DNA of 64,000 nucleotides. Source: Octopus sinensis. Lineage: Eukaryota. Location: the NCBI RefSeq assembly GCF_006345805.1, contig NC_043005.1, forward strand, positions 20,956,001 to 21,020,000, written 5' to 3'. A program made the position numbers and the translations under genes. This document shows positions 27,296-41,267 of this stretch, piece after piece (position 1 is the first letter of the stretch; every line of letters starts with the position of its first letter). The notes beneath the pieces were generated by a model. It was not told the DNA's origin. It saw only the letters and a list, made by a program, of their open reading frames with translations, and made no database searches.

Positions 27296-27681
27296 CTAGC
27301 AGTATCGCCCAGCGTTGCTCGGGTTTGTTTTGACCCACTGGAATTGGAATTTTTGAAAAGTAAAAGTTTTGCATTATGTAGCTTGTTATTCTCTTCAAGT
27401 GAACATTTTTCTGGTTGAAATACACCGAAAAGTGGTGACGCAGCAGTGAAAAAATCGTAAAAAATAGGGATTTTCATGTAAAAAAGCGCCTTTTTGATGT
27501 AAATAATTTTTGGTGTTAACATGGTCCGATTTGAATTTTATCTTCTACTGAAGGAAGAGCAACCCTTCTATCATACTCTGAATGTTGGTCAACTTGCACC
27601 GCAGGGTCTCGGAGAAGATAGTGTTAGTTGAGGGTTACCAAACCTGGCGCACACAGACAACTTCAGCTTTATATAGAGAGA
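27296..27681 (-). mobile_element. Short non-autonomous Helitron-like element (386 bp)
   Basis: Minus strand a|TCTCTCTATATAAAG ... hairpin cccgagcaacgctgggc ... CTAG|t; same terminal design as 4888-5585. Confidence 0.72.
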
Positions 27682-27701
27682 TAACACACACACATTAATA
27701 C

Positions 27702-27742
<41 letters not shown>

Positions 27743-27813
27743 TGTATGTATGGATGTATGTATGTATATATGTACATCTGTCCACTTCTTGCCATATTTT
27801 TATCCTTCACTTC

Positions 27814-27851
<38 letters not shown>

Positions 27852-28453
27852 AGACACACAGACACACACTCACACACACACACTCACATACACACACACA
27901 CACGCACACACTTTCTTAGCTTACAATTTGTTTCTTTCAACAATTGACAACTGAAGTACGCTCACAAATTAATACTACCAAAACTTAGCGACAGAAAGTA
28001 AATTAAAAACCAATTTTAATTTATAAAATATAGAATGGAATGTACTTCGAAAATCATAGGTAAATTCCAATTGAAGAAATTGCATGAGGAGTAAATCGTT
28101 ATGTATTTATTTGTTTCTGTTTCCTGTGTATTTTTTTTGAATTGTGGTTGAAGGTACACTTGCAAAGAGAAAGTAGGAGAAAGTGTGGTAATAGAAGGAG
28201 TGAAGCAGTTGAAATTAGAGAGGCAAATCGTAAAATATTTAGTTTTCTCGAATTTTTGCTTAATTGGGTGTCAAATTGAAAAAACTTTATATGCCATGAC
28301 CCAATCGAATCTACTTCGAAAAAGCATAGGTAAATTCCAATTGAAGAAATTCTATATTGTACAATTGTATTAAAAACAAACTATGTCAGAAGCAGAGAAA
28401 ATCTGCCTTTTATCATAAGAGATGTATATGTATATATATATGTATGTATATAT

Positions 28454-28491
<38 letters not shown>

Positions 28492-29779
28492 GTGTGTGTG
28501 TGTATGTGTGTATATATATTTATATGTATATATATAAAATATATATATATATATGTGTATATATATATATATGTATATATATATAAAAAGAATATATATA
28601 TATGTATATATAATATATATAGATATCATCATCATCATCATCGTCGTTTAACATCTGTTCTCCATGTTAGCATGGGTTGGACGGTTCGACCGGGGATCTG
28701 AGAAGCCAGAAGGCTGCACCAGGCTCCAGTCTGATCTGGCAGTGTTTATATATATGTATATATATATATAATATGTATATATGTATATACATAATATATA
28801 TATATATGTATATATATAATATATTTATATATATGTATAATATATACATGTATGTATATAAGATATATATATGTATAATATATATATGTATAATATATAT
28901 ATGTGTATATATATATAATATATATATGTATATATATATAAGATATAAGATATATATATGTATATATATATAAGATATATATATGTATATATACATATAT
29001 ATATATGTATATATATGTGGATATATATATATGTATATATATGTGTATACATATGTATGTATATATATATGTGCATATATATTTAGTTAGATTGTTTGAT
29101 AATTATATATATTATTAGATGGGTATGCGTGTGTGTGAGTGAGTGAGATTTTTAAAATACAGAAAACATAAAAATTGAAGTCTTCATAATTTATTTAAGC
29201 ACACACATATACACACATATATATTGATATGCACACATACAAACATTTACTTGCACATGTATGTAACTACATGTAAGGTAATCATATATTCTATATATTC
29301 AAGCAATATGTGAAAATGTGCGTGTGTATCCTTGTATATATATATCCAAATTACCCTGTAGTGAAAGAAATTTTCAACTACTGATGAAGCATCTATGTTT
29401 AATTATAATTTTGTCTCTCTATGTTTATTCATTGTTGTTTTATGATAGAGTCTGAGCATTTGTAAAAAGGAAATATTTAATGCAACAGTTCCATTCAGGG
29501 ATATGTTGTCACATGTCCACTTAACAAAAGTTTCCTGTTTATTTCTTTCCTTATTTTCTGTTGCATGTGTACCATCAGTCTTTTGCAAAGCAATGATCCC
29601 ATCTGTCTGAGAAAGTTTTGCAAGCATCCACAGCATATTATAGCATAAATTAAATTTGGCGAGTTGCAATATATTTTCTTTTATCTTGAAAACTTGTCTA
29701 TCCTTAAATTTGAATTCCAAACCTTCAGTTAAGTATAGACATATGCTATTATTGATACTAGTAAAAACTTTAAATCTGA

Positions 29780-30020
29780 GTATATCTAAATATCACCTCC
29801 GGAAGATTTAAAACTCAGACAAATTATTGCAGGTCCTGCAATTGAAAGACAGAAGATAACCATATTTAAAGCAAATACAGCCTTTTATTCAAGACAATTT
29901 GAATTCATTTAATCACCAAATATAGTGAACCAAAGAACATTTATTGTTTCATTTGATGTTATTAATCTGTACACCAATATTTCCCATACTTATGGAATTA
30001 ATGCAATAAAATATTGGTTA
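29780..30020 (+). mobile_element. Penelope-like RT fragment
   Basis: PPEDLKLRQIIAGPAIE...VSFDVINLYTNISHTYGINAIKYWLD matches PLE RT motifs RPII and SFDVxNLYTNIP. Confidence 0.78.
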
Positions 30021-30402
30021 GATGCATCTGAAGCTGCAGTACTAAGCTGCATTGGAAACATGCTTTATCATTGAAAGTTTAATTGTTTAATATTTAAACC
30101 AGCCATATCTGATCCAAATATATTATTTTATTAATGTTCAAACTGGCCAGATGCAGCATCTTGCACCTACCCTACATTGTCATTCTAACAACAAACAATC
30201 ACATCATTGAAATCTGAAAGCTCTGAGACAATGCATGACTAATTCAAAACATTGTGAATAAATAAGGATTATATTTGACAGAGTAATCTGAATACTAATG
30301 GATTAAGATTCATGCTACCAAATTATTACATTTATACAGTTACTTAACGTACCATATAATAATGTTAATATTAATAATAATAATAATATTAATAATAATA
30401 AT

Positions 30403-31168
30403 CAAGAACTGCAGTAGCCCAACATGTCGTGTATGTCAACAACAAAATGTAACCATTTATCATATTGTCTCGAAGTGCAGTCTTGTAGTGCCTACAGTGT
30501 ATCTCAACAGGTATGATAGAGCTGCACAATATATTCACTTGGGAATTTGCAAAAACCTGGATTTGCCCCATGAAAAAAACTGGTGGGAATACAAACCACC
30601 TCCAGTGCTTGAAAATGACCACATCTCACTCCTCTGGAACTTCACCATTCAAACTGACAGAAAGATAGATGCAAATAGGCCAGACATCATATTGAAAGAC
30701 TTCAGACAAAGAACATGCCTCCTCATTGATATGACTGTCCCAATCGATATAAACGTATCTGTCAAGACCTACCAAAAATTGAGCAAATATAAAGATCTTG
30801 AAATAGAAATCAGCAAAATGTGGAACCTGAAGACTAAAACAATACCTGTTGTTATAGGTGCCCTGGGAATGATAGCAAAAGGGGCTGATTGCTACCTAAC
30901 TCAGATACCAGGAAACCCAAAAATGGCAGAAATTCAAAAGATAGTGCTCATGGGAACTGCTCATATCCTACGCAAAATACTTTCTATGTAATCTCAAGTT
31001 TTAAAACAAACATAATTTTCGTATGTTTTTTTAGACACTAAATACAAAACCAAATATATGGCACACTAGGCATAACAACAACATGAACTTCCAACTTGTT
31101 GTCTCTTGAGGTCTCTGGATGAGACTTGGAGCCAACTTGTACAATTGTAAAGCAAAAGTCAAACCTAG
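30403..31168 (+). mobile_element. 5'-truncated R4/Dong-like non-LTR retrotransposon (CCHC knuckle + RLE endonuclease, 3' UTR)
   Basis: Stop-free CRVCQQQNVTIYHIVSKC...NRPDIILKD..TCLLIDMTVP...KLSKYKDL (PD-(D/E)xK nuclease); (TAA)n on both sides. Confidence 0.9.
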
Positions 31169-31211
31169 AATAATAATAATAATGATATTATTAATAATGA
31201 TAATATTAATA

Positions 31212-31243
<32 letters not shown>

Positions 31244-31559
31244 TAATAATAATAATGATAATGTTACTAATGTAAAGGCAGACTAACTACAAAAGTCACC
31301 ATTGCTTAAAACTGAAAGAATTCTTTACAGGGTACTTGAAGCATGACCAGTAAGCAAGTGTCACTTTAGGCTGTGGGTAGCTGACACTTTCCATCATACC
31401 CAGCAAATAAAGTGAGAGTTTTCACTAAATAATAATGATAATGATGATCATCTCTGTTGATTTCAACATATAGGAGAGGATTTAAAATGAAAAAAAAAGA
31501 AAAATTAAGGAAAAGAGCTTTTAAAAGAAAAGAGCAAAGAAGCTGCGTTTATTTGCGAT

Positions 31560-33700
31560 GGATGCATAAACGATCTAGACAATGACTTTCCCAAGATGTC
31601 GAGTTGAGCTGTAGGGATTTCAGTGATTGCTTCCACTAATCCTTATACCTAAGGACAGGTCTTCCTTTGCTGCAATATCCCTCCACCTGTTGGCCATACC
31701 GAAGAGATTTTTAGAATGCAGTCATTTTCCATTCAAACAACATGTCCTATACATCAACACTGAATCTCAGAAGCATGCTTTGGAGACTGGAGATATCACA
31801 TTTTCTAATACTTTGACATTTGATATCTTATCTTGCCATCTTATGTTACAGATATTGTGCAAACAACACATGTGAAAGGTTTCAATTTTCTTTATATGTC
31901 TGTAGTACAGAGTCCATGCTTCTGCCCTATACAAAAGCATGCACAAAATGGGTTTGTTTACACTGAATTCAGTTTTCAGACCAACACCATGTTCAACCCA
32001 CATATAATTGGAAAGTTTTCTGAAAGCACTTGTAGCTTTAGATATTTTAACATTGATTTCATTATTAAGATTACCTTTAAAGTTCACTGTACTTCAAAGC
32101 AATTTAAACGACCCGACCCATTTGAGTAGCTTGTTATCTATCATCATGTTTGAATCTTAAGTATATTCTGCTCCAGGCCTTGGTTGAAATAAAACTTCAG
32201 TCTTTTTGATACTGATAGTCAGTCTAAATGCATAAGCTGCTGCAGTAAAGTTGTTGAATGTTTCTTGAATTCCCTTAAATGTACGAGAAATCAAAACACA
32301 ATTGTCAGCAAACAGAAAGTTACAGTCTCTTTCTTGTTTTTCTTTGATCTGGAAATCCGTCTCTTTCTTGTTTTTCTTTGATCTGGAAATTTAACCTGTC
32401 AGGTTTAGAAACCTCCTTCTCTGTGAAACTGGAATTTGTCACTTTCATGATAATCCCTGAGAGCATGTTGGAGCATCATTAAAAAAAATATGGAAAAAAG
32501 TACAGAGGCTAAAACACATCACTGTTTGGTTCTAATCATAACAGAAAGTGCCACTGAATATTGACTACCAGATATCACTGTTGCCATCATCCCTTTATGT
32601 AAGAATTCTATTACCCTTATCCTATTATCAGGAAGAGCAGCTTTTGACAAAATTTTCCATAGTGCCTCATGATTCACTGCATCAAAGGCTTTCATCAATC
32701 ATGAAGACCATGTATGTGTCAGTATTTTATTCACGTGTTTTATCTTGAAGTTGTTGCAGGACAGAAATCATGTGAACTGTGCCTCTCCCAGCCTGAAATC
32801 CACATTGGGATTCAGGACACATGTTGTTTATTATATGTTTCTTGGTGTGGTCAAGCTCACAATTGCAAGAATTTTTCCAGCTATGCACAACAAGGTTATT
32901 GCCTTGTGATTATCACATACTCTTTTCTTGCTCTTGTTTTTGTACAACTGCATTATAGATGCATCTTGGAATTGTTGAGGAACAAATCCAGTTTCCCAGA
33001 TCAAACACATCAATTTGTGCATCTTACTTACTATTTGTCTGCCACCATGCTTGTACAACTCTATGGGAATACTATCTTGTCCAGGCACTTTATCAATGGA
33101 AAGTTTCTTTGATAGCAGTACCTATCTTTTCCATGCAGGGATTTTCCACCAGTTTCTCAATTATAGGCCACTGAAGGATTTGCATATTATTTAACAAATA
33201 TCCTATTGCGAGCCATTCTGTGATCCAAGTAACACTTGGAAATTTTGTGAGTGCTGGTTAATCTGAAGTCACTGCAATTCTTGTTCTTAATTACAACATA
33301 GTCCAGCTTGTGCCAATGACCAGATTGGGGGTTATTCCAGGTTTGTTTTGTATTTATCTGCATATTGAAACTCTGTATTTGTGATTGTTAGACCTAACTG
33401 TTGAAAAAAGGACATTAGTCATTAACCGCTTTCATTCATCATTCCTGTTTTCCTATTGCTCTTGATCACACTGTATGTTTGTTGCCTATTCTGGCATTAA
33501 AATCATCCATCAATATGATTTGTTACAGTATGGAATTTTACTGACAGCTGTCTACAGCTTGGAGTAGAAGATGTCTTCCTCTTTACATTGATAATAGGCA
33601 TAGATGAGGATTTACCTATTGGGATATGAAATGTCATGAGGCACTCATCAACAGATTGAGAGATGGATGGCAATTTGTAAAGTAGAGTTGATTTGATGAC
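31560..33700 (-). mobile_element. Decayed RTE-clade (BovB-like) LINE
   Basis: PQSGHWHKLDYV (APE end), PGQDSIPIELYKHGG...IW..G.VPQQFQDA.I..LYK, and KATSAFRKL...LLY.AEAWTLY...FHMCCL..I.NI.WQDKISN. A 34-bp tandem duplication lies at 32325-32390. Confidence 0.85.
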
Positions 33701-33749
33701 TTTCTTTTAAGTAATAAGGGTTTCTGTCACCCACCACACTCTATCATCC

Positions 33750-34860
33750 AAATAGACTAGACTCTGGTGCATATTGATTCCACTGCAGATGCTGATTGCC
33801 TATACTTGAAGTGAGCAAATGAAAGAAGAGGACTGATAAGTGTGGAAGACTGTGTGCATATCGATCTTAATGAAAGATTAATGAAATACCTGGCCCAAAG
33901 TAAGGAAACCTTGCTAGTGACAGTTAGGAATGACAGAGTATTGAAAGCAGAGAAAAAAGGAAAAACAAAGGAAGAAGTGCAAAATGGACCTGAAGAAGAA
34001 TTATGCAAGAAGGAACTATACCATCAATTCCATATAGCTACAACAAAAGTAGTTGGAAAAATGTGGAATTGGCTGATGAAAGGAACACTAAAAAAGAGAC
34101 CAAGAGCACTATGCTGGCAGTGCAAGACCAAGCTTTGACCACGAACCTGAAGGTCAACCTGAGGAATAAGCAAGTACCTCTGCTGTGCCGCATCTGCAAT
34201 ACAGTGGATGAAGCCTTTGCCCATATTACATGTGAATGCCCTACACTTGCCCAAAACCACTACAATTTATGGTGACAGGATCAGGTAGTGAAGTGGTACA
34301 TTGGAAACTGTGCAAATAGTGGTGTCTAGAGAGAAGTAAGGCTTGGTATGAGCATGAACCACAGAGAGTGGCAGAGGCGGAGACTAGCAAAATCTTCTGG
34401 GATTTGCCAATCAAAAGAGATCAAGTGCTAGAGCATAACAGACCAGACCTATTGGTGCTAGACAAGATGCACCACATATGCTATATAGTCAACATTGTTT
34501 GTTCCTCTGACCCATGAATAAACAAGAAGGAAGATGCAAAGATAGATAAATACAACCCCCTTAAGTACAAAATAGTCCAGCTATGGAAAATGAAGATGAA
34601 GATTGTGCCAATTATTGTTGGGTCCTTGGGAACAGTATCAGAAAGCATCAAGGAGAATATAAAGGAAATTGGAATAGAGGGCCCAGTAGAACTACTACAA
34701 AAGTTGTACCTCCTAGCCATGGCCAGAATATTAGGTTGCTGAAAAGAATGGATAGCATGGTACCATAGGCTGCAGGTAGCAAGCACTCTATGCATCCAAG
34801 ACTCCAGGTGCTGCAGCAAAACCTGTGATAAAGAGTAATATTAATAATGGTAATAATAAT
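33750..34860 (+). mobile_element. Decayed R4/Dong-like LINE 3' part
   Basis: RGLISVEDCV, AVQDQAL, LCRICNTVDE..HITCECPTLA, RPDLLVLDK, KIVPIIVGSLG; AAT-rich tail. Confidence 0.78.
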
Positions 34861-34929
34861 ATGGAGTTTGAATTATAGACTGGAGTGGAAATGCTATAAA
34901 GAAACTTGACATAAAAACTAGGAAGCTTT

Positions 34930-35900
34930 TGATGACGTATGGAGCCTACCATCCAAAATCTGATGTCAACCGGCTACACTGGAGGACAACCAGGCTGGAA
35001 GAGGCTTAATAGCAATAGAAGAATGTGAACAGATGGAAAAAAAATGAGTTGTAGAGTAGTTATTGAGCAGCACAGAAAATCTACCAAAGACATTTTGTAA
35101 AGAACAGGCGATCAAATGCATAATAGGAGAAAAGGACAAGAATGAAATACAAAGAAAGCAATTCAGACAGATTGAAGAGAAACTTCTGCATGGCCAATTT
35201 TGGAGAGCCACTGAAAATGTGTGTGGAATAAAATCCTGAGCTTGCTTAAAAAATGAGCAATTAAAAAAAGAAACAGGGAGCCTATTTGTAGCAACAGCGC
35301 AAGATCAATCAATGAAAACAAACAACTTGAGCAAAAATTTATATGGAGAGAATGTGTCAGAAACATGTAGAAGTTGCAAAACTTGAAATGAGACAGTAGC
35401 GCATATTGTGGAAAAATGTCTTATGTTGGCACCGGAAGAATATAAGAAATGGAGGCACAACCAGATTGTAAAAGTTATAAACTGGAAACTGTGTCAGAAG
35501 TGGGGATTTGAAGCTGGAAGCACATGATACATTCTTCAAGTTGAAAGAGTATTGCAGTCAGAAAATATAAAGATTTTGTGGGACTTTCTTTTTCAAACAG
35601 ATAAGAAATTCAAAAATAATAGACCAGACAAGTGATTGTAGTAAGGAAAAGTGAAGTTACTTAGCGACCCATCAGACAAAAGAGGAAGAAATGTATTTTG
35701 AAATAGTAAGAATTTGGGGCATGCGAACAGTAAAAGTTATGTCTATATAACTGGTGCATGGGGGATTGGAAGCCAATGTATAGACACATGGCTGAAGGAG
35801 ATTGAATTAGAATGCCTGGTAGAGCTCCTACAGAAGATTTTCTCTCTTAGTGAGAGCAAGGAATATGAAAAGGGTTTGAATAACTTGAAAGACTGCAGAA
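34930..35900 (+). mobile_element. Second decayed R4/Dong-like LINE 3' part in tandem
   Basis: YHPKSDVNRL...GRGLIAIEEC, LLHGQFWR, AQDQSMKT, CRSC..ETVAHI..C, in broken frames. Confidence 0.72.
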
Positions 35901-36149
35901 AAATTGTGAATACCTAAGGTTATATGTAGTAACCTGCTATCTACATAATTCCAACCAGGAATAAGACTGAACCAGAGCTAGAAGAGGTAAAATGAGGATG
36001 ATGATGACATTTTTTTGCCACAAAGGCGAAAGATGAGGGAGACAATACAAAGACAGACACAAAATGATAAAAAAAGAGGAAGTATACATGGTGTACACTT
36101 AAAAAAAAGGATCATATGCATAACATACAAAGGTTAAAAAAAGAATGTG

Positions 36150-37350
36150 GCAGGGACAGTGATGCAGATGTGGCCCTCCTGATGCAGGAAGACCTCTAGG
36201 GATAATTGAGGAACCCCACTGTCCAAAATTTCCCTGAAACCTCAAGAGCAAGCATCATATCAAGTTCCTTCTCTCTGACTTACTGATCTACACTCTCAAC
36301 ATTTTCACAACTTTCACCCACCTTTCTGGTAACTCAGTCAAGGACAGCAATTCCCCCTCCACTCTCAATTTCGTTTTCAAGTGAAATTTGAAGAAGTCAG
36401 TGAGAGTTCTACCAAAGAGTAATGTATCCATCCTCATGCCTTTCAGCGTTGTCCACCAACTAACCTCTTTTCCATAGCCACCAGGCAAAGGAAAACTGCC
36501 CTGCTTGCCCAATTGAAGGAGGGTGGTAGGGCAACTATTACTACAGACTCACCAAACAGACGGATCCATCCCTCATGTGAAAGCAGCTGTTCGGCGTAAC
36601 CCCACAAGTCAGAAATGCCTGGACACTGAAAGAGAGCATGCAGAACGGTTTTGTCACTTTGGATGTATCTCAGACAAGCACATCCATGTCTGTAGAATTT
36701 ATTTTGAACCAGTAGTGCCCTCTGGCAGCACTGCCTGGCCAAGGACAACTGGAAATTATCCATGACAGTTCCTGAATACAATGTCCTCCAGAACAGACTA
36801 GCAAGTTTATTTATGTCAGAGTTTCCCCAAGAAATAATCCTTTATAAACTTCTAAAGCACATGCCGTTCTCAATCCCGTTTCCCAAATGGTAAAGGGCTG
36901 AGAGTGCCTGACTATATTCCAAATAAGAGAATCTCCAATCTGGTCAAGCAGTAACTGGGACAGTGTGCGACAGTCAGGTGATGAATGATAACAGAGATGA
37001 TGTAGGCATTTACCACTTCTACCTGACCTTTCAGGGACAACTTTCTCTCAGCCCATTTCTGGGTAAGGCTGGCTATCCTGTGTGCCACCTCATCCCAGTT
37101 CTTATCAATCTGGAGATTGGGACCAAACTAGACCCCAAGCAGTTTAACTGGTTGATTGGTCCAGCATCTGATGGTGTTGTCCTGCCTCTTCAGGATCCCA
37201 ACCACATACTTACCAATTTGTCAGCATTGATTTTAGCCCCTGCAACTGACTCATATTCCTTTAGGATGGTGCCAGTCATTTTTACTTCGGAGGTTTCCAG
37301 CACAATGATGGTGATGTCATCCATCTTTCCACTACAAGCATCAGGCTAGC
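36150..37350 (-). mobile_element. Decayed L1/Tx1-like LINE ORF2 3' fragment
   Basis: DDITIIV (RT YADD region) and C..Y.QSDKTVLHALFQCPGI..LW zinc-knuckle region. Confidence 0.6.
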
Positions 37351-38459
37351 AATTTTGATGAGAGGAGGTTGATTATGTTATTCCCAGTACTTGACTGGTA
37401 ATTACTTTAAGGGCCCAAAAGAAAGAAAGGCAAATTTGACATATGTGGAACTTGGCCAGAACATAATACCAGACAAAATGCTGCTAAGCATTTTGTCCAG
37501 TATGATAACTATTTTGCCATCTCATTGCTTTGATTGTAATAATGATTATTATAATTAAAATTATAAAATTTTAATAACAATAATTTTAATAAGATTATAA
37601 AAAATAATTGTTAATAATTATGGTAAAATGATAATTACAATAACAACACTAAAACTAACTGAAGCAACTGTAGCAATAACTTTAATTGTTATAAGAAGAG
37701 GAAAAGAAAAAGTATTAAGTATAAGGTTGGCAATAATAAACTATAAACTGATAGCAGCGACCAATGTTTGGTGAATAATAGCAATAACAGTAAGATATAT
37801 ATAGTGTAAGTAAAGTGTATATAGTTTATATATAGTGCAAACAAAGTGTATATAAATATATATAATGCAAATATATAGTACAAATATATAGTGTAAACAA
37901 ATATATATAGTGATGCAAGAAATATTCATGGTAGAAGAGGTGGTTATTGTACCATAGTAGGCCTTACATAGCAGAGTGATAATAAACAGGTAAGAACAAC
38001 AGCATGCAGTAAACAATGTCAGTAATGATGATGATTATAACAAAAAAAAAGGCAGTGTATCTTTGGTGGTAGAGATGATTACAACAAAAGCTCTTACAAA
38101 ATGCATGCTGGTGCTCACAGCAGGTTAGTGGGGAATAACAAGTAAGATCTAACCTGTAGTACAGATGCTTATATGCAACGTGCTAGGGTAGGGGTGAAAG
38201 GGCATTGGGGAAAGCTACTAGACTGGAGTGGGGGTTACACTTGATAGGAGTGAAGCTGGCATTTTCTGTGATGTTTGCAATTAATTATGAGTTCATTTCA
38301 CTTATTGAGCAGGGAGGGCCATCAGCTGTGATTATGGCAATGGCCTCATACAAACAGAGTCTACAGCTGTGCCCTGGCAGTTGGCAGGGAGACCAGTTAG
38401 TGATCAGTCAGTTCTATATGCAACTGCCTTTGACTTAAAATCACATATGCACTAGGCAA

Positions 38460-39070
38460 GGGAAGCAGAAAACTAGAGCTTAGGGTCATTGAATGAGTGC
38501 TGGTGTGAAGCTATCCTCCTCTTGAAAAGCCCTGCTGTGGAATCTATAGAACAAAAATGGCATTACAAGATACCACCATGCACTTATAGACCAAACACTT
38601 TTTCACACAGTTACCACTCAGAGGACAGGATCTCACAGCTCCATAGTTATACAGACACAGGCCAAAATCAAGAGTGTGTATAGGTATGCTCCCAATATGG
38701 AGGTGGTTAGAAGATTGTACATCAGCACCAGCCATAGTGGTTCCAATTTGGTAATTTCATGTTGTGGTACTGTATACCTGGTGAGGTGCTTATGTGCACC
38801 AAGGGTGGGCATATTCATGACAGGATCGCTTAGATTGCCTGGATTAGATGTAGTTATAGTATCTGTGTACCATTTATGCATTGAAGGCAAAATGTCCAAC
38901 CCTGGACATTAGGTGTGTTGATAATAGACACAAGGTTTGTGTGGTGGAGTATAACAGTTTGACCACATTCTTATTGAAGATCCACTGGAATCTCTGCTTG
39001 GGTGGGACGTTTTTCATAAAGATCCCAAACTCCCTGCCCAGTGAATTTTTCACCAATTTGCTGAAGTGGA
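38460..39070 (-). mobile_element. Penelope-like linker plus GIY-YIG remnant
   Basis: GREFGIFMKNVPP..IFNKNVVKLLYST, CPLSGNCVKKCLVYKC, IDSTAGLFKRRIASHQHSF. Confidence 0.75.
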
Positions 39071-40029
39071 GGAAAAGAAATAAAAGAGGTATCAATCACT
39101 TACCATAGTTTTAGGTTGGTCTTTTTTTGGGGAAAACAGACTGGAGAATAGGATTTATATTTCTAGAGGGGGATACAAACAGTGTCTGAACCTAGGAGCA
39201 ACATACTAGAGGTTGACTAACTTATGCATCCACCAGCTCCTTGAACATTCCTGGCACTATCAGCAAAGGCAAGGCAGTGACCTGTCCCACTAGTGGCTTT
39301 ACCAGCTACACCAATTTTATCACCATCTCCATCTGGTATGTGCCTCCAGTGTGTATGTATCAACTTAGTTATTGCTTGTCTCTAACTTGTACTGTTTTAT
39401 CAATTACCTGATGATGTGTTTGCTTCATGTTTGCTGTATAAACTCCATCTACTGATTGCTTATGTAGAGTGGCATCATGGGTTAGCAAATATTGAAACAT
39501 ATATAACAACTGCAAAAAAGGATTGCCAGGTTATGCAAATTTTCATAATTTTCATCATAATCCTTTAACGTTGATATTCAATGCTAGCATGGATTAGACA
39601 GTTTGACAGATGCTGGTAAGCAGCAGAGTTGACTTGGTTTGTACAGCTAGATGCATTTCCTAATGCCAACCACTTTACAGTGTTCTTGGTGCTTTGAATG
39701 TGTCCACCAGCATGGGTGCTTTTATGTAGCACTGGAACAAGTGCTTATTATGTGGCACTGACACAAGTCTCTTGCAGGCTAGTCCTCTTCAATAAGGGGG
39801 AGTGGCCTTAACAGTCCTGTTGTTGAGGATGGATCTTTTTGAGTACAGCAAGGTATCAGGTATCCCAAGACTTTATCCCATGTCTTCCTGGGTTTCCCTC
39901 TTCCACATGTTCCATCCACTTTGAAAGATTGGCACTTTGTTTTGGAGCTGTTAGCATCCATTCGCATTGGCCACTCTATCAGATGTTACTCATCACTGGT
40001 CACTTTGCATCAGTTTAGCCATCACATGA

Positions 40030-40180
40030 TGCCACCACCCTCTCTTGATTAAAAGGGGACTGGAGTGACATGAAATGAAGTGCTTTGCTCAAGAACACAA
40101 CATGCTGCCTGGTCTGGGAATTGAAGCCATGATCTAGTGAACATGAGTGCAGCAGCCTAACCACTAGGTCACATGCCTTC
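40030..40180 (-). mobile_element. tRNA-derived SINE head fragment
   Basis: Degenerate copy of the 21240-21330 head (gctcaagaacacaac...ctaaccact...gccttca). Confidence 0.65.
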
Positions 40181-40354
40181 AAACACACACACAAATTCAT
40201 TTATGTATCTATGTATCTATTTATATCTGTGTACATATTTCTTCTGTTTGTCTCAGTTAATATATTCTATTTCAAATTTGTCATTATCTTCTCATGTTCA
40301 CCCTCATTCTCACATATATTAACCATTTATCTCAATTTCTCTGATCACTTCCAG

Positions 40355-40525
40355 TTTTGACAATAATTGACTGTGGACCTCCAAAAGACATTTTTGGTGC
40401 ATCAAAATCTTACAGTACCACCACCTACAAATCTGAAGTGATCTATACTTGTCCAAGAGGAGAAAAATTAAAATCAGAATGTAAGAAGGACAGTGAATGG
40501 GCTCCATTGTCATCTGGTTGTAAAG
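40355..40525 (+). CDS. Exon Sushi2
   Basis: Acceptor atcacttccag|tt, donor aaag|gtaatg. Encodes xLTIIDCGPPKDIFGASKSYSTTTYKSEVIYTCPRGEKLKSECKKDSEWAPLSSGCK. Confidence 0.88.
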
Positions 40526-41044
40526 GTAATGTAAATAGGTTCTCTCTTGTTGCTCCTGCTGATGAAATTTTGTTTTTATTTTTGGGTTACGTTTTTTGTC
40601 AGATGAAGCATTGCTGTGTCCATGACAATTCCTGTTATGTTTACGGCTAATAGAAGAGAAAGAGGAGGCTATTCTGATACCTGGAACATTCACAAATGCT
40701 GGTAAAAGAGTGGAGTTCATTAAAGCTACCCAAGGGCCAGGTAATGGCATTAATCTAGGTGATGGATTAAGTCTGCTTCACAAAAAGAAGAAGTGTGTAA
40801 ATGTGTTCCCTCAAGAAGACTTCCACAATTATATGTTAGTTATAACTCAGCTTATCTTGCTCATTTTCCTTGTAATTTCTAACTTGACTGTTTACATTTG
40901 TACAATGTGTCATCATCCAAAACAGTGCACAATGCATTGAACTTAGTCCTTCAAAACACTAGAATTTGACAGTCACTTGAAACAGACTTCTGATGTTCTT
41001 GTCACATACAAATCCACTCTCCTTAAATATTCTTCTCTACTATA

Positions 41045-41250
41045 GGCACAAGGCCTGAAATTTTGGGGTGGAGCTAGTCAATTAGATTGACCCCAGTACA
41101 CAACTGGTACTTTGCTTATTGACCCTGAAATGATGAAAGGTGAAGTCAACTTTTGTGGAATTTGAACTGAGAACATAAAAACAGACGAAATACTGCTGAG
41201 CATTTCGCCCAGCATGCTAACATTTCTGCCAGCTTGCCGTCTTCCACCAT
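41045..41250 (-). mobile_element. SINE
   Basis: Minus-strand head aagacggcaagctggcagaaatgttagcatgctgggcgaaatgctcagc; body gaccccagtac..actggtact. Related fragments near 14000-14140 and 37400-37530. Confidence 0.65.
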
Positions 41251-41267
41251 CATTAAATATTATAATA

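Noticed and set aside
29403-29720. 105-aa minus-strand ORF as a nested gene
   Set aside because: No recognisable motif, AT-rich, and adjacent to Penelope debris.
37540-38040. Structured repeat region
   Set aside because: It consists of degenerate AAT and tatatagtg low-complexity repeats with no stable unit or coding signal.
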